DNA of 64,000 bases from Eledone cirrhosa (taxonomy: Eukaryota): contig OZ024740.1 in the NCBI GenBank assembly GCA_964016885.1, positions 410,378,001-410,442,000 of the forward strand. The letters are read 5' to 3'. This document shows positions 1 through 12,146 of this stretch, piece by piece. The notes beneath the pieces are model-generated. The model had not been told where the DNA came from. It made no database searches and saw only the letters and a program-made list of their open reading frames with translations. The position numbers were made by a program, and so were the translations under genes. Positions within the stretch are counted from its first letter, which is position 1; every line of letters begins with the position of its first letter.

Positions 1-269
1 GGGATTATTTTCTTTGTTTTTGTGTCTCTCCTTTGTTCTGTCCTACGACATCTTGTTCATCCACCGTATGCAGTTCTCGGGTTACAATCAGAGAGATAAA
101 ATCAGAGTATATAGAGAAGCCAGAACCAAATAGGAAAAAAATGGTAAATAATGATACAAATGGGACCTGCCCCTTGTATAGGAGCAAATTTTGGAATAGA
201 ATAGAAAGAACTAGGAATAAGGTTAATAGAATAAACTCATAGTATGATAGCAATAAATACCAGAGTGTA

Positions 270-803
270 ATGGTCATCAATACAACCCCTAGAGTTGAAT
301 TAGCTTACAAATTTAGAAGAGCCCTAAATAAATATAAACTCAATATTAAGATAGTAGAAAGACCAGGTACCTCCATAAAAACACTTATTAGCAATACATA
401 CCCTTTTCAAAGACCTCCCTGTATAGATAAGAAATGTATAATCTGTAAACTAAGCCCCCATATTAACTGTAAAACTAGAAATGTAGTATATAGCATAAGA
501 TGTACTGAAGGACAATGTAGAGATAAGAATATAGTGTACATAGGTGAGACAGCTCGTAGTATAGGAGAACGGATAAATGAACACTGGCGAGAGCTTCAAG
601 ATAGAAAAGAATCATCTGTACTCCACCAACATGCTAAAATAGAACATAAGGGTAAATTAGAGAACATAGAAATAAAAATAGAATCTACACACAGAAAAGA
701 CGCAATGTTTAGACAAATCACAGAGGCAATAAACATAAATGAACTCCAATCAAAATTAAATAGAAAACATGAATGTAATAGCAACATCACAACTTACAAT
801 TAA
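270..803 (+). pseudogene. PLE C-terminal Cys-rich linker plus GIY-YIG endonuclease
   Basis: Motifs CxxxxCxxC...C, NVVYSIRC, VYIGETARSIGERINEH, SVLHQH, RQITEA and LNRKHE. An upstream in-frame TAG lies at 240-242. Confidence 0.85.
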
Positions 804-985
804 GGAGAAAATGAAAACACACACACAACGAGTAACATGTAAATAAACAAATAAATAAACAAATATAAACACACACAGACACCCGGATGTAACACATGCG
901 CAAACTAAGCACACAACACACATAAAAACAAGATGGCGGAGGACAGAACAAAGGAGAGGCACACAAACAAAGAAAAGAACCCCCA

Positions 986-1028
986 GTCACCGAAGAGGTC
1001 ACAGAATGTGTGACGAAAGAACTTTGAC
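986..1028 (+). ncRNA. Minimal type-I hammerhead ribozyme (CCGAAGA core variant)
   Basis: gtca-CCGAAGA-g-GTCAC agaatgt GTGAC-GAAA-gaa-CTT-tgac. Stem I is gtca/tgac and stem II is GTCAC/GTGAC. Confidence 0.65.
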
Positions 1029-1259
1029 AATATATGAACAACCGTCCGATTGTGGAACCAAGCAACCAACCGGAAATTTATAAATTCTTAAATTTATAAA
1101 TTTAATTTATAATAAATTGGAGTGAAAGCAACTGGTGCGTGTGTTTCTTATTGGCAACATGACCATCCCAAAGCAAAACAATATCGGTTTCAACACATGT
1201 TTTCTGTTAAAGAATCTTGCTAAACAAATTCAGAAACGATATATATATATATATATATA

Positions 1260-1330
1260 TTAAAATTACAGATTAAAGTTTAAGGAAAGAATCGCTGCTT
1301 TCACCCTTAACGGGATCTTCTGAAACTAAA
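1260..1330 (-). repeat. Short dispersed TA-associated family A (also at 2785-2860, 10610-10837, 38040-38148, 39160-39340)
   Basis: The copies share aaataacagattaaagtttaagcaaagaatcgctgctttcacccttaacgggatcttctgaa and are always next to (TA)n. Confidence 0.85.
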
Positions 1331-2373
1331 ATAGTCAATCTGTTAACGCATAAGTAAATATTTCAAAAAACGTTGCAACCGTAGGAAGACAGGAAGACGA
1401 TACATTGGTTCGTGGAAACGTTCCCTGGCAAAGGACGAAAAAAAACGAAGATAATACGTCATTATTTGGTGCAGTGAAAACAATTACACGCAAAGACAAA
1501 ACCACGTAAATGGTATAACTGAAGTCGTAGACTAAAATTCTATTTAGGAAACCGAATGATTCTCCCCTTCAGAGTTAAGAATAAAGTAAATAAAATACAG
1601 AGGTAATTGAAATTAAATATATACATACACGCATCCATATACGTACATACACAAGCATACGCGAAAACACTCGCCATGGGTATGCAAACACAAGTACGTA
1701 CACAAAAAAAAAACAAAAAAAACACACGCACATACAGAACCCACGCAACGCCTGTACCGCACACATACAAACGTATACACCAAATACACATAAAATATAA
1801 AAAAACATATATACATATACATGTGTGTGTGTGTGCGTGTATACATAATTAAATAAATGTATATAAATATACACACATAAATACGTATATAACGCGCGCA
1901 CACACATACCCACATGCAAATACACATATGTTCGCGGACGTACGTCAACCAAAACACAAAGTACACATATACACACACCCTACATACGTACGAACCCACA
2001 TACTCACACAGACGCAAACCAAATGCACATGTACCAGTATATATAATATATACGCCAATAACACATACAGGCAAATATACATACGAGAAAGTATACATAC
2101 CTTCACAAAACATACAGGTAATATATATTTACGTATACGAATAAGTAATGGTATTAACATAACATACTTAGCTACCACATCAAGACGTAAATAATCCGCG
2201 TATAGTTCGTACTATCCGTTAGGGTATAATGTGGGGCTGTGATACAGGAAGGTTGTGTGCAATTTATGTTTACATGCCGAAATTGCCTCAGATTTTTTGT
2301 TTAAGATGTGGTCTTTGGCGTAGAGTATATATATATCACATAAGAAACGGAGAATCAGTGTTGCGACGAATTA

Positions 2374-2592
2374 TAATTTATTAGACATATTACAATCGTT
2401 TCCCAAGCGACCAGCTCGAGGCATGATCGATGCAATGATCGAACCTGAATTTGAAATCGCAAATTCCTCAGATACTTCGAGAGATTGAGACGTATATGAG
2501 GAAATTGCGATTTCAGAGTCAGGTTCGATCTTCGCATCGATCGTGCCTCGATCTGGTCGCTAGGGAAACGATTGCAATATGTCTAATAAATT
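2374..2592. repeat. Diverged fold-back inverted repeat (about 105-bp arms)
   Basis: ttattagacatattacaatcgtttcccaagcgacc...atcgaacctga pairs with tcaggttcgatc...ggtcgctagggaaacgattgcaatatgtctaataa. Confidence 0.85.
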
Positions 2593-2699
2593 CAAATTCG
2601 CAACACTGATTCTCCGTTTCTTTTGTGATATTTTACTCTTCTTGGTAACAGCATCGGGTGCTCAAACGGCCTACCACATACGGACGCTTTAAGCATCCC

Positions 2700-2792
<93 letters not shown>

Positions 2793-2898
2793 TAAAATAA
2801 CAGATTCAAGTTTAAGCAAAGAAGCAGTGCTTTCACCCTTAACGGGATCTTCTGAAACTATATATACACGGGAGTGTATGATTGTGTATAGAAGATTA

Positions 2899-2964
2899 TA
2901 TTAATAAAAGGAATTCCAACTTTGTCTGATTAATCAGACAAAGTTGGAATTCCTTTTATTAATA
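2899..2964. repeat. Perfect 66-bp palindrome
   Basis: tattaataaaaggaattccaactttgtctgatt|aatcagacaaagttggaattccttttattaata. Confidence 0.95.
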
Positions 2965-3468
2965 CATATATATACACATATATATATATATACATATATA
3001 CATATAGATATACATATATGTATATATACATATACATATATGTATATATACATATACATATATGTATATATATGTATATGTAAAATTTATAAATCAGTGG
3101 CTAGATGAGAGATAGAGTCCTATCGGTTGCCAGTTAATCGCTTTACCGTGTCGGTTGTCACAAACATTCATGACCGGCGCGGGCCGGTGTTTGGATTATG
3201 TTGATCGATTGGTTATTGATTAGGCGATATCCGCTGATAAAGCAGCATAAGCCGATTGTGCATTGTTGCATAATATATGCAGACAGATGGTGCAGTGCAC
3301 CTTACTGTTGCATTAGTGCTGCAGAAACTCGAGTCCGGGAACCTTATAGGCACTCGATTTACGTGTGTTGCGTTGAGGCAAATAACTATGTGTATACTCT
3401 GGTAATGTATCTTACATTGCCCATTGAGTGCGCTGAGATACAACCGGTACTGGCATTGATATATATAT

Positions 3469-3840
3469 ATATATTGGTAAAAGGAAAAGAAAATGCTGAC
3501 AAATTGTTCCCAGTGAAAAATAGTTTAATTAGGAATAAGTAAAAATTAGTAATAAGTATTGGTTAGTATTCAGTTTTGGTTTTAAGTTTTTACCGGTTGC
3601 GCATTTCTAATGCTTTTCAAAAATAATTTTGAGATAGAGCGCCCGTGATGTTTGCAAACATCACGGGCGCTCTATCTTAAAATTATTTTTGAAAAGCATT
3701 AGAAATGCGCAACCGGTAAAAACTTAAAACCAAAACTGAATACTAACCAATACTTATTACTAATTTTTACTTATTCCTAATTAAACTATTTTTCACTGGG
3801 AACAATTTATCAGCTTTTTCTTTTCCTTTTACCAATATAT
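3469..3840. repeat. Near-perfect 372-bp palindrome with no spacer
   Basis: The centre is gatgtttg|caaacatc at 3654/3655, with few mismatches between arms. A single-arm relative lies at about 12795-12990. Confidence 0.95.
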
Positions 3841-3882
3841 CATAACTCGTGTGTTACACCTCTCTCTCTCTCTGTATATATA

Positions 3883-3954
<72 letters not shown>

Positions 3955-4138
3955 TCTGAGTTTTTCGAATATAAATAATAACATTCGATTTGTTTGCAAT
4001 TATGCAAACAAGCCTAATTTAAAAAAAAGACATGTCAGTAGAATGAACCCTTCATTCTTGCTCTTGTGTTGGCCGATCAGTCACCGTATATTTTAGAAAA
4101 TAGCATATATATTCACTAGCTTTTGGCAGGTGAACAAT

Positions 4139-4188
4139 GAGCTGTACTGATGAAGGGTGATACCCAGAAACATTAGCGTCTGCAGTTC
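4139..4188 (+). ncRNA. Type-I hammerhead ribozyme, canonical core
   Basis: gagctgta-CTGATGA-a-GGGT gat ACCC-a-GAAAC attagc GTC-tgcagttc. Stem I is 8 bp, and the GUC cleavage triplet is at 4178-4180. Confidence 0.85.
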
Positions 4189-4297
4189 TATTTACACAAG
4201 AGCAAGAATGAAGGGTTCATTCTACTGACATGACTTTAAAAATGAGGATTGTTTGCATAATTGCAAACGAAGCGAATGTTATTATTAATATTTGAAA

Positions 4298-4484
4298 GGC
4301 GGTGGATTGGCAGTATCGGTAGAGGGCCGGACGCCATGCTTTCCAGCATAGTTACGTCCCTTTACGATCTGAGTTCAAATCCCGCCGAGGTTGATTTTGC
4401 CTTTCATCCTTACGGGGGTCGATAAAATAAAGTACCAGTAATACACTGGGTAATTACTGGCCTTGTGCCTAAAGTAGAAACAAT
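4298..4484 (+). mobile_element. tRNA-derived SINE, family S1 (about 190 bp)
   Basis: A-box-like TGGCAGTATCGG, B-box GAGTTCAAATCC, central gcctttcatccttacggggtcgataaaataaagtaccag and tail gtagaaacaattatt. Degenerate TSD ttattaa.at..gaaa. Confidence 0.9.
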
Positions 4485-4779
4485 TATTAACATCCGAAAA
4501 ACTCAGATTACATTTAATGTATTCAACCATGTAGAGCAAAACTTTTAAAAATTATTATTTGAATGTGGCAAAGCCGGCCGTTTTACAAATAGTGAAAATA
4601 ATGATAATAACGTCACAACCTAGCCATCAGCAGAGAAGCATGGACAGAGAAATTGACTTTCTTCTTTGAACGAACATGTATTTGGAAATTAATTTTTCTT
4701 CCCCACTCTATATTTTTTGTTATTATCATTATTTTCACTATTTGTACAAATATGCAACTTAAGAATATTCTTCATATCC

Positions 4780-4817
4780 GCAATTGACAAAGCATTTAAT
4801 GTTGAAACCGGTATTGT
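4780..4817 (+). ncRNA. Degenerate hammerhead motif
   Basis: gcaa-TTGACAA-AGCAT tta ATGTT-GAAAC cg GTA-ttgt. The core has two substitutions and stem III is the palindrome ACCGGT. It lies next to an inverted repeat at 4584-4611/4719-4746. Confidence 0.45.
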
Positions 4818-4938
4818 AATTAAATTGATGTTTTGAAATTTCACTAAAAAAAATCTCTTCAACATTTTCTACTAAAAGAATCTTTTTCCTTTCTACTATT
4901 TGTTTTTATATATATGAACTCCTGTGTTACCTTTCTAC

Positions 4939-4985
<47 letters not shown>

Positions 4986-4989
<4 letters not shown>

Positions 4990-6905
4990 GTAGAACACTG
5001 GAAGGTAATATCCGTAGTGGTAGAGCACTCAGCCCATGGGACGAGTTAGGTAGAAGTGGTTACACAGCAGTTAGTTCACCATACCGAGAACAATTGTTTC
5101 ACCTGAGCGGATCCTCAGCTCGTAATGGACATGGTTATACAGAACAGAAATGACAACCGTACGAACGCACGTGCGCAGAAACGATCACTTCACACTGGCA
5201 ATACTAAATTGCGTGCGAGAGGTGTAAGGGAGATAACTGCGAAAGTCCGAAAGTTTCTAGTTGATAAGAACATTAGGATGTTGTTGTAATTCAATCCGGA
5301 GCTTTGTAGTTATGTAAGAGGTGTTTCCAGACGTGTGGACAACGTGTGAATAATTCATTTCTCGTGTTTAGGCAATCACTATTGCGTAATCTCTTTAGAA
5401 TATTTATTCGTTCATCAATACATAGTCCACACGACGGATTGCCCCTTGCGTATGGCTTGGACTTAGTGATGGCTTTCCATTGAAAGGAGTAGTCTATACT
5501 TGAGTCCTTGAGGGACCATACGTGGCTCGCGAGTTTCGTGGATGAACGTCTGTCCAGGTACCTAAAGGTTGACTCGTGGTTCAGGAATCGTTCCTTAAAT
5601 CGGCCTCCGCCATACCCACATAGGATTTGACCTCCTGTGCTTGATTTGGTAGGTTGGAAGTGACCACAGCTTCATAAACTACAGCGGGTGTGTTGCATTG
5701 CTGTTGAAGGGGACACGCTTCGGGCTTACGGCAAGAGCACCCTGTTAGGGTGTTGCTCTTAGGGCTGCTGGTGATGTGGGCCTTCATGTTCTTAGCGCAG
5801 GAGTATCCTAGTTTTACTTTATGTCGGTTAAAGATGGAGCGGTATTTATGACCTATGGGAAAGTGTCTATCTAAGAGGGCTAGAAATTCTTTACCTACAT
5901 TGGTTTTAACGTTGAGTGAGAAAGGAGGAGAGAACCAGATAGTTTGTTTATTGTTACGCTTTCTTTTCTTATTGCTGTTGTTGTTAGTGGGAGAGTATGT
6001 GATAGGTTGCGAAAAGCCTCTGTTAGCTAACGCCGTGTTATAGTAGGGTGCCGCCCTGTCAAAGATAGCCTTATTAGAGGAGAGGTTTGAGATTCTAGTA
6101 CTGATATTATTTACGAAGTTTCTAAAAACAGTGGGAGGGTGGCAATTGAGTAATTGGAGTTTTCGTTTAGCTTATGGAAGGGTCTGTAGGTGTGTGTGCG
6201 AAGGTTTAAATTAATGTCTAAGAAATCTACGCTAGAGAGGTCTGTAGCTACTGTTATTCTAAGTCCTAACTCATTGAAGGTAGAAGCTAAGTCTTTTTTA
6301 AACTGGTCGAGGTTGTGACCACTTTTATGGCTCGATAAGGTCAGTCCATCGTCGCGGTATATTCCCGTGTGGAAGTCCGGGAACCTAACACGTAATATGT
6401 CTAAAATAAATAGGCCAACCAAGTCGCATACGTCAGCACTGTCAAACGATCCCATGGAGACGTCGAATAGGTCTGAAGTTGTTGACTTCTTTGCCCAGGC
6501 TACTCCGTTGTTGAAGAGGAGGGTTTTCTGGCAGTGAGCGAGGATTTCCCTGTCTAAACCATCGACGGTGGTATAAGTGGTAGCAAAGTCCAACGCTTTG
6601 TTTAACAGGGTCTCTGAGATCGACGGGTAAAAATCAACAATGTCAAACTGTGTGAACTTCGCTTTTTTGTATTTGAAGGAGTTAAACCACTTAATTACGG
6701 AGTCGCTGTTCTCCCACAGGTTGGACTTGGTCCTAATGGTCTTAACTGTGTTTCTAAGTATGGCCTTACTGACTAGTCCTGTGCGTACCGGGTTTATTAG
6801 TCTGCATGTGGGGTTAAAAGTAAAGTCTACCTTGTGATCTTTCAGGATGAGGAATTCCTCCCGCTTAGCTAGAGATTGTAGCTTCTTATCTACATTAAGG
6901 GCCTT
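4986..6905 (-). mobile_element. 5'-truncated Penelope-like retroelement (RT plus GIY-YIG, frameshifted)
   Basis: RT motifs DIVDFYPSI, SMGSFDSADVCDLVG, IYRDDGL and VDFLDINLNL. Also IWFSPP, CSCRKPEACPL and VVYEAVV...SYVGMAE. Flanked by (TA)n on both sides. Confidence 0.95.
5085..5122 (-). ncRNA. Type-I hammerhead ribozyme in the PLE 3' terminus
   Basis: Minus strand cgag-CTGAGGA-t-CC gctca GG-t-GAAAC aatt GTT-ctcg. Stem I is cgag/ctcg and stem III is the palindrome ACAATTGT. Confidence 0.8.
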
Positions 6906-7168
6906 ATATATATATATACCTTATATATATATAATAAACGAAAGGAGCTGTGTGGTTACTGTAAACAAAGTTTAAGATGGTAGTATAGACGAAACAAGAG
7001 AAGAAAAGAAATCCTTCATCAGCTGTAAGAACGAGATCAAGTTGTTTCGGTACTTAATACAGGACATCTAAAAGCGATCAGCGGCGCGTCCAAGGCATTT
7101 TCACAAACAAAAGGCCAGGAGGGAAAGAAAAGAAAAAAGAAGAAAAAACGGGAAAAGTAGTGAGGGGA

Positions 7169-7238
<70 letters not shown>

Positions 7239-7425
7239 CATACACATTTAAATGTATCACAGGTATTCTGTGCCCCCCGTTTAACATTTTACCGGGCAGA
7301 AAACCCTTATAATATTTACACTCTATGCTTCGTAAGTATAGAATACTTAGTTGAATAATGGTCTAATCGGTCATAACCAGTAACACACAAACACACACAC
7401 ACACATATATATGTATGTATGTATA

Positions 7426-7847
7426 GTATATTTGGCAATATACCGTATGTTTAATTAAAAACATTTAGAAGACCATACGCTATGAGTTTTAAAGTAGTGA
7501 CTATGTCACTTACTTCTTTTCGGCGAAAGAAGGGAGAGAAGCTGACAGTCTGTTTCACGATGGCTGGCGTTCATCAGAGCCACGTACTCCCCTGCTTTCG
7601 CCGAAAATTATAGAAGCTGGATTCTTATAGAATTCCAGTAATAATCAGGAGCTGATTATACAGAGCGATTGCCGGTCCAGCAAAAATTAGGTATTAGGAT
7701 TGGTGCTGTGAAATAGCGATGTATACATGAATGTATATTTGGCAATATATCGTATGTTTAACTAAAAACATTTAGAAGACCTTGCACTCTCATTTTAAAG
7801 TAGTGACTATATCACATATCTTTTCGGTGAAAGAAGGGAGAGAAGCT
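7426..7847 (-). mobile_element. Retrozyme-like non-autonomous element (about 1.4 monomers; 304-nt monomer)
   Basis: Direct repeats at 7426-7543 and 7733-7847. The right-hand repeat boundary equals the HHR cleavage position. There is no ORF. Confidence 0.75.
7517..7607 (-). ncRNA. Type-I hammerhead ribozyme with extended stem I
   Basis: Minus strand ttttcggcgaaagcaggggagtacgtggct-CTGATGA-ACG ccagccat CGT-GAAAC agact GTC-agcttctctcccttctttcgccgaaaa. Confidence 0.85.
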
Positions 7848-9317
7848 ACATACTTCTACAAACTACATGTATATATATATGTAGTTGTATAAATATGTAT
7901 ATTGATATAATATATATATGTACACACACACACATATATATATATGTATATGTGTGTGTGTTAATGTGTTGAAATTTGTAACCACATCATTAACCAAGTT
8001 GGTAAATTAGAGTTATCAAATACATTTCTGTATATTTTATTTGGTGATATTTCTATTATTAAGCACCGTTGGTACAGTTTAGGTAATTCATTGTAGTATA
8101 GAATAACCTTCAACCAGCAATCTGATGACCAGCTTCCAAAATCTAATTCTGAAAGTTTTCTGTGTACGTTTTCAATTTCAAAAAAGATTTCATGTTTGTC
8201 ATTCGATGTAAAAATATTTGTTCATATATCATGCGCTGAAAAATCAGAAATTTGAGGAATATTGACGCCGAAGGAGATCAAGGATGTTGATGAAGTTATC
8301 CTTAGAGTATGTCACGTTTGTATGCAAACCTTTCTTATCTTCTTTACTTTTTCCACTTTATATATTACGAGCTAAAGCTGAGTTGGCTACAGAGCTATAA
8401 AGAGAGACAGCAATGAAGCCATTAATAATTCATTCGTTAGTGACGCTCTATTGGTGGCCTGAATGTTGATAAATAATCAGCGAACCTTTCTGTTCGTTTA
8501 GAACAATAGCTGATGTAAATGATACGTATACTGCTTTGTTTAAATTTCATTTCCCCTCGAAATAACGTTTTCTGCTAGCCTTAATTTTATTGCTAGTCAT
8601 CTGTTTTATAGATTTTTCTTTTTTATAAATGATGACCGCCTGTCTACTTCTCAAGCATAATCGAGTCACGTCGTTTATAAAGAAAAATATAATGTAGCGA
8701 AATGTCTTATAAAATGACGGTGCATTTAAAACGTAATTTACCATCGCCATAGATGTAATTAAGAGATTGTATTTTACAATTCTGAACTAAATCTTTTGTA
8801 TATTGGTAGTGTTTGAATAATACTTTACATTACAAAATTACGCATGACAAACATTAATGTGAGCATCTTAGAGTAAGTTTCCACTAAGACAACTCGGTGA
8901 TGCAGTTTCAATTCATGGCTGTAAACATTTCTCTTTACACATATCTGATTCCATTAAGAAAGACAGCCTACTACAACATTTTTGCCTTATACCCAAGGGA
9001 TAAAAAAAAAAAAAAAAATTCTAAAGATTAGTCAACCGACACTATCTTTCTAAAAGTCGAAATCTGTATTAAATCAGTAAGAAGTCTGCAGGCATGCAGT
9101 AAAGAAAGGGAAAAAAACTATATTTTAGTAGTATACGTGAAATTATGCTTCCGGTAAAAGAGCCACGAAATAGCGATATTTTTGATGCAGATTGTAAAAC
9201 GAATAATGATTTAAGCATCTCTATAATGAAAGTATCAAATTTAACAAAATAAATATCATTTTACAATAAAAAAAATCATTCTAACATTTAGAATAATCTT
9301 TATCTTGATATATACGT

Positions 9318-9413
<96 letters not shown>

Positions 9414-10702
9414 ATGTGTGTGTGTGTATACATACGTGTGTGTGTGTATTCATGCACACATGCATGTGTGTGTATTCATGCACACATGCATACACACATA
9501 CACATACATACAAACATGCATACCTACCTACCAACCAACCTACCTAGCTACATACGTACATACAAATAAATATGCCAGGTAGTATTAAACTAAAAGCATT
9601 CGAATGCTAGAAGCATCTGAAATATTGTACTCCTAGTAACAGCATCATTATGATTACCTGCAGGAATGAAGTTATTCAAAAGCAGACTATTAATAGAATA
9701 TATGTTAAGCGAAGTAGGTTGTTCATATTGATCAATAGATGGTTGCGTTCACTATATTACACACCAATACTTGTGTTCCTGACCACTAAGCGTATCGTAG
9801 AGATGGAATTTTCCTGAATACATTGCAACAAATGATCAAATATATATATAAATAATAAAAGGTAAACAATATATATAAATGAAAGAGAAATATAATACAT
9901 AAATCTTAGAATTACTAATTAAATGGAATTTTACTTTACGTTCTGTGATAGTATTTTCCTCTTTTATGGTGGAGATTTGTTTGAGTTAACATTGAATATA
10001 TGAAACAAAAAAAAAAAAAAGGCCAGTCTATGTATTTTAAATTATGTAGCTAATAGCGTTTTTTGTTTCGCCGAAATTTCTGATTGATACACCTACCGTC
10101 GTTGATTTTGAATTTAATGTCAGATGATATACATACAATATGCACCGGTAAAAGGGAAGATTTTATTCGATATATGTTAAACGTTATGAAAAAAAAAAAA
10201 GAAAAACCGATTGAAACAGGCTCACTTACAATGTTTAAACCATGTATTACCTTTTACTCGAAAAACTCTTTTACCTATTGTAACTACAGACCCAACACCT
10301 ATTTAAGTACTTAAATATATGTTTTTCCTACAAAACCTTCAATTGTTCTAAATATATCACAGAGCGCATGATTTAACATCGTATGACAAGTTAAAATTCA
10401 CATATAATTATTATGTATCTTATACAGTAATGTCCACCATAGCAAAATATCACCTTCATTCAATATTTCCAAAAAGAAATTACCGTACGACTCAAATCAT
10501 GAAACAGTTGCTAAGAATTTTAACGTATGTTAATACATGAGAACCGATTTGAAACACAAACAAAACATGCAAACTGGAACCATATATCTATGGCTTTTTT
10601 TCTATAATATATATAGTAATAATAATAAATTTGAAGACTAAAATACAAAGAGGGCTCGATAAGGATAAATATATATCAAATATATAAGAACCATAGAGCA
10701 AA

Positions 10703-10837
10703 TATTTATTAAAATAACAGATTAAAGTTTAAGCAAAGAATCGCTGCTTTCACCCTTAACAGGATCTTCTGAAGAGCCCGTTAAGGGTGAAAGCAGCGAT
10801 TCTTTGCTTAAACTTTAATCTGTTATTTTAATAAATA
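10703..10837. repeat. Palindromic copy of family A (centre 10770)
   Basis: ...cccttaacaggatcttc t gaagagcccgttaaggg... Confidence 0.95.
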
Positions 10838-10939
10838 AATAAATATATATATGTAAAAGGTAAACAGAATTAACAACACAGTCGGTACAGTATATGGAAG
10901 GGCTATATTAGGTTAACGCTTGATATAGCAGGAAGACGG

Positions 10940-10975
10940 TCTTAACGTTTCGGACGCTAGTCCTTCATCAGAAGA
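10940..10975 (-). ncRNA. Minimal type-I hammerhead ribozyme
   Basis: Minus strand tctt-CTGATGA-a-GGAC tagc GTCC-GAAAC-GTT-aaga, with palindromic AACGTT. Adjacent to an imperfect hairpin at 10974-11043. Confidence 0.8.
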
Positions 10976-11834
10976 AAGAATGAGAACATAGTCGGCTGCA
11001 AAACCCTTTTTGTACAGCCGACCATGTTATTCTTCAATCTTTCACTATATATATATATATATATACACAGAGGTATCCACTGTAAGTTGTGGGGGTCTAT
11101 TCTGTATGAAGAACTCAATGTAATCCATATGTTGAAAATGTTGTAGGTTAAGATAAATCTCAGAAAACAATAAAACATTAAAAGAAAAATAGAGTCATGA
11201 TATAAGTTAAAACAATGAAATAAAAAATCAAGTCATTAGATATATATATATGTCTATTTATAATTTCATAATATCTGACAAGAAATTTGATAAATATTGT
11301 CATTTAGAATATAAATGTTGAACTGCCCGGCTACTTATGACTCAACCTGTATATATATGAATAAATAGTAATAAAGATTTTACGTGGCATCGGAGGATTT
11401 TCTGGCTTCTTAAAATTTTTATTATTATTTTCCCTATATAATGTGATTTGTCCAGTATTCTTTGATTTCCTAACATTTTATTTTTTTAATTTTTACTATT
11501 TCTCCCGCCTATAGAGAAGCAGGTATTACAGTTGCAAATGTATTCTGAGCCTAGCCCTTACAATATGTAGTTGCATTCTGTGCCTCGTCTTGAAACCTAA
11601 GGTAGCGTTTTAAGGATTCGAGCATACGATTCTTTATATCAAGTGATGAAAACAAAGAAAGCGCTGGAAAAACGTACCCTTCAAATATTTTTGTCTTATT
11701 CTTTGTTGACAATCCCCCCCCCCCCCCCACACACATAGTGAGAGACATACAACACTCACATACATAGTGTTTTATGTATCTTTTCTCAACTATTATCTAT
11801 GGTGATCGAGTGTTATTATAAATATTTTCAGAAA

Positions 11835-11975
11835 AGAGTTACGTCCCTTTATGATCTGAGTTCAAATCCCGCCGAGGTTAACTTTGCCTTTCATCCTTAC
11901 GGTGTCGATAAAATAAAGTACCAGTAATACACTGAGATAATTGCTGGCCTTGTGCCAAAAGTAGGAACAATTATA
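11835..11975 (+). mobile_element. S1 SINE, 5'-truncated
   Basis: B box, central domain and tail match the copy at 4298-4484. Confidence 0.85.
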
Positions 11976-12036
11976 AATATTTTCTGCGTCTGGGACGCTT
12001 ACATTTTTAAACTTTAAACACTCCCAACGCTTCATA

Positions 12037-12071
<35 letters not shown>

Positions 12072-12074
12072 CCC

Positions 12075-12146
<72 letters not shown>

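Larger units (their letters stand above)
1..1240 (+). mobile_element. Penelope-like retroelement, 3' part with inverted terminal copy (possibly Naiad-like)
   Basis: Contains the GIY-YIG ORF 270-803, preceded in frame by a stop-interrupted segment CPLYRSKFWNRIER. Positions 1-57 are a diverged reverse complement of about 927-984. There is an HHR at 986-1028, and the element ends in (TA)n. Confidence 0.85.
3952..4510. mobile_element. Fold-back element with an HHR in its spacer; right arm interrupted by a SINE
   Basis: The left arm at about 3952-4069 is inverted relative to 4194-4297 plus about 4490-4510. Confidence 0.8.

Noticed and set aside
7005-7060. Minus-strand GAAAC...CTGATGA (possible permuted hammerhead)
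   Set aside because: I could not form consistent stems.
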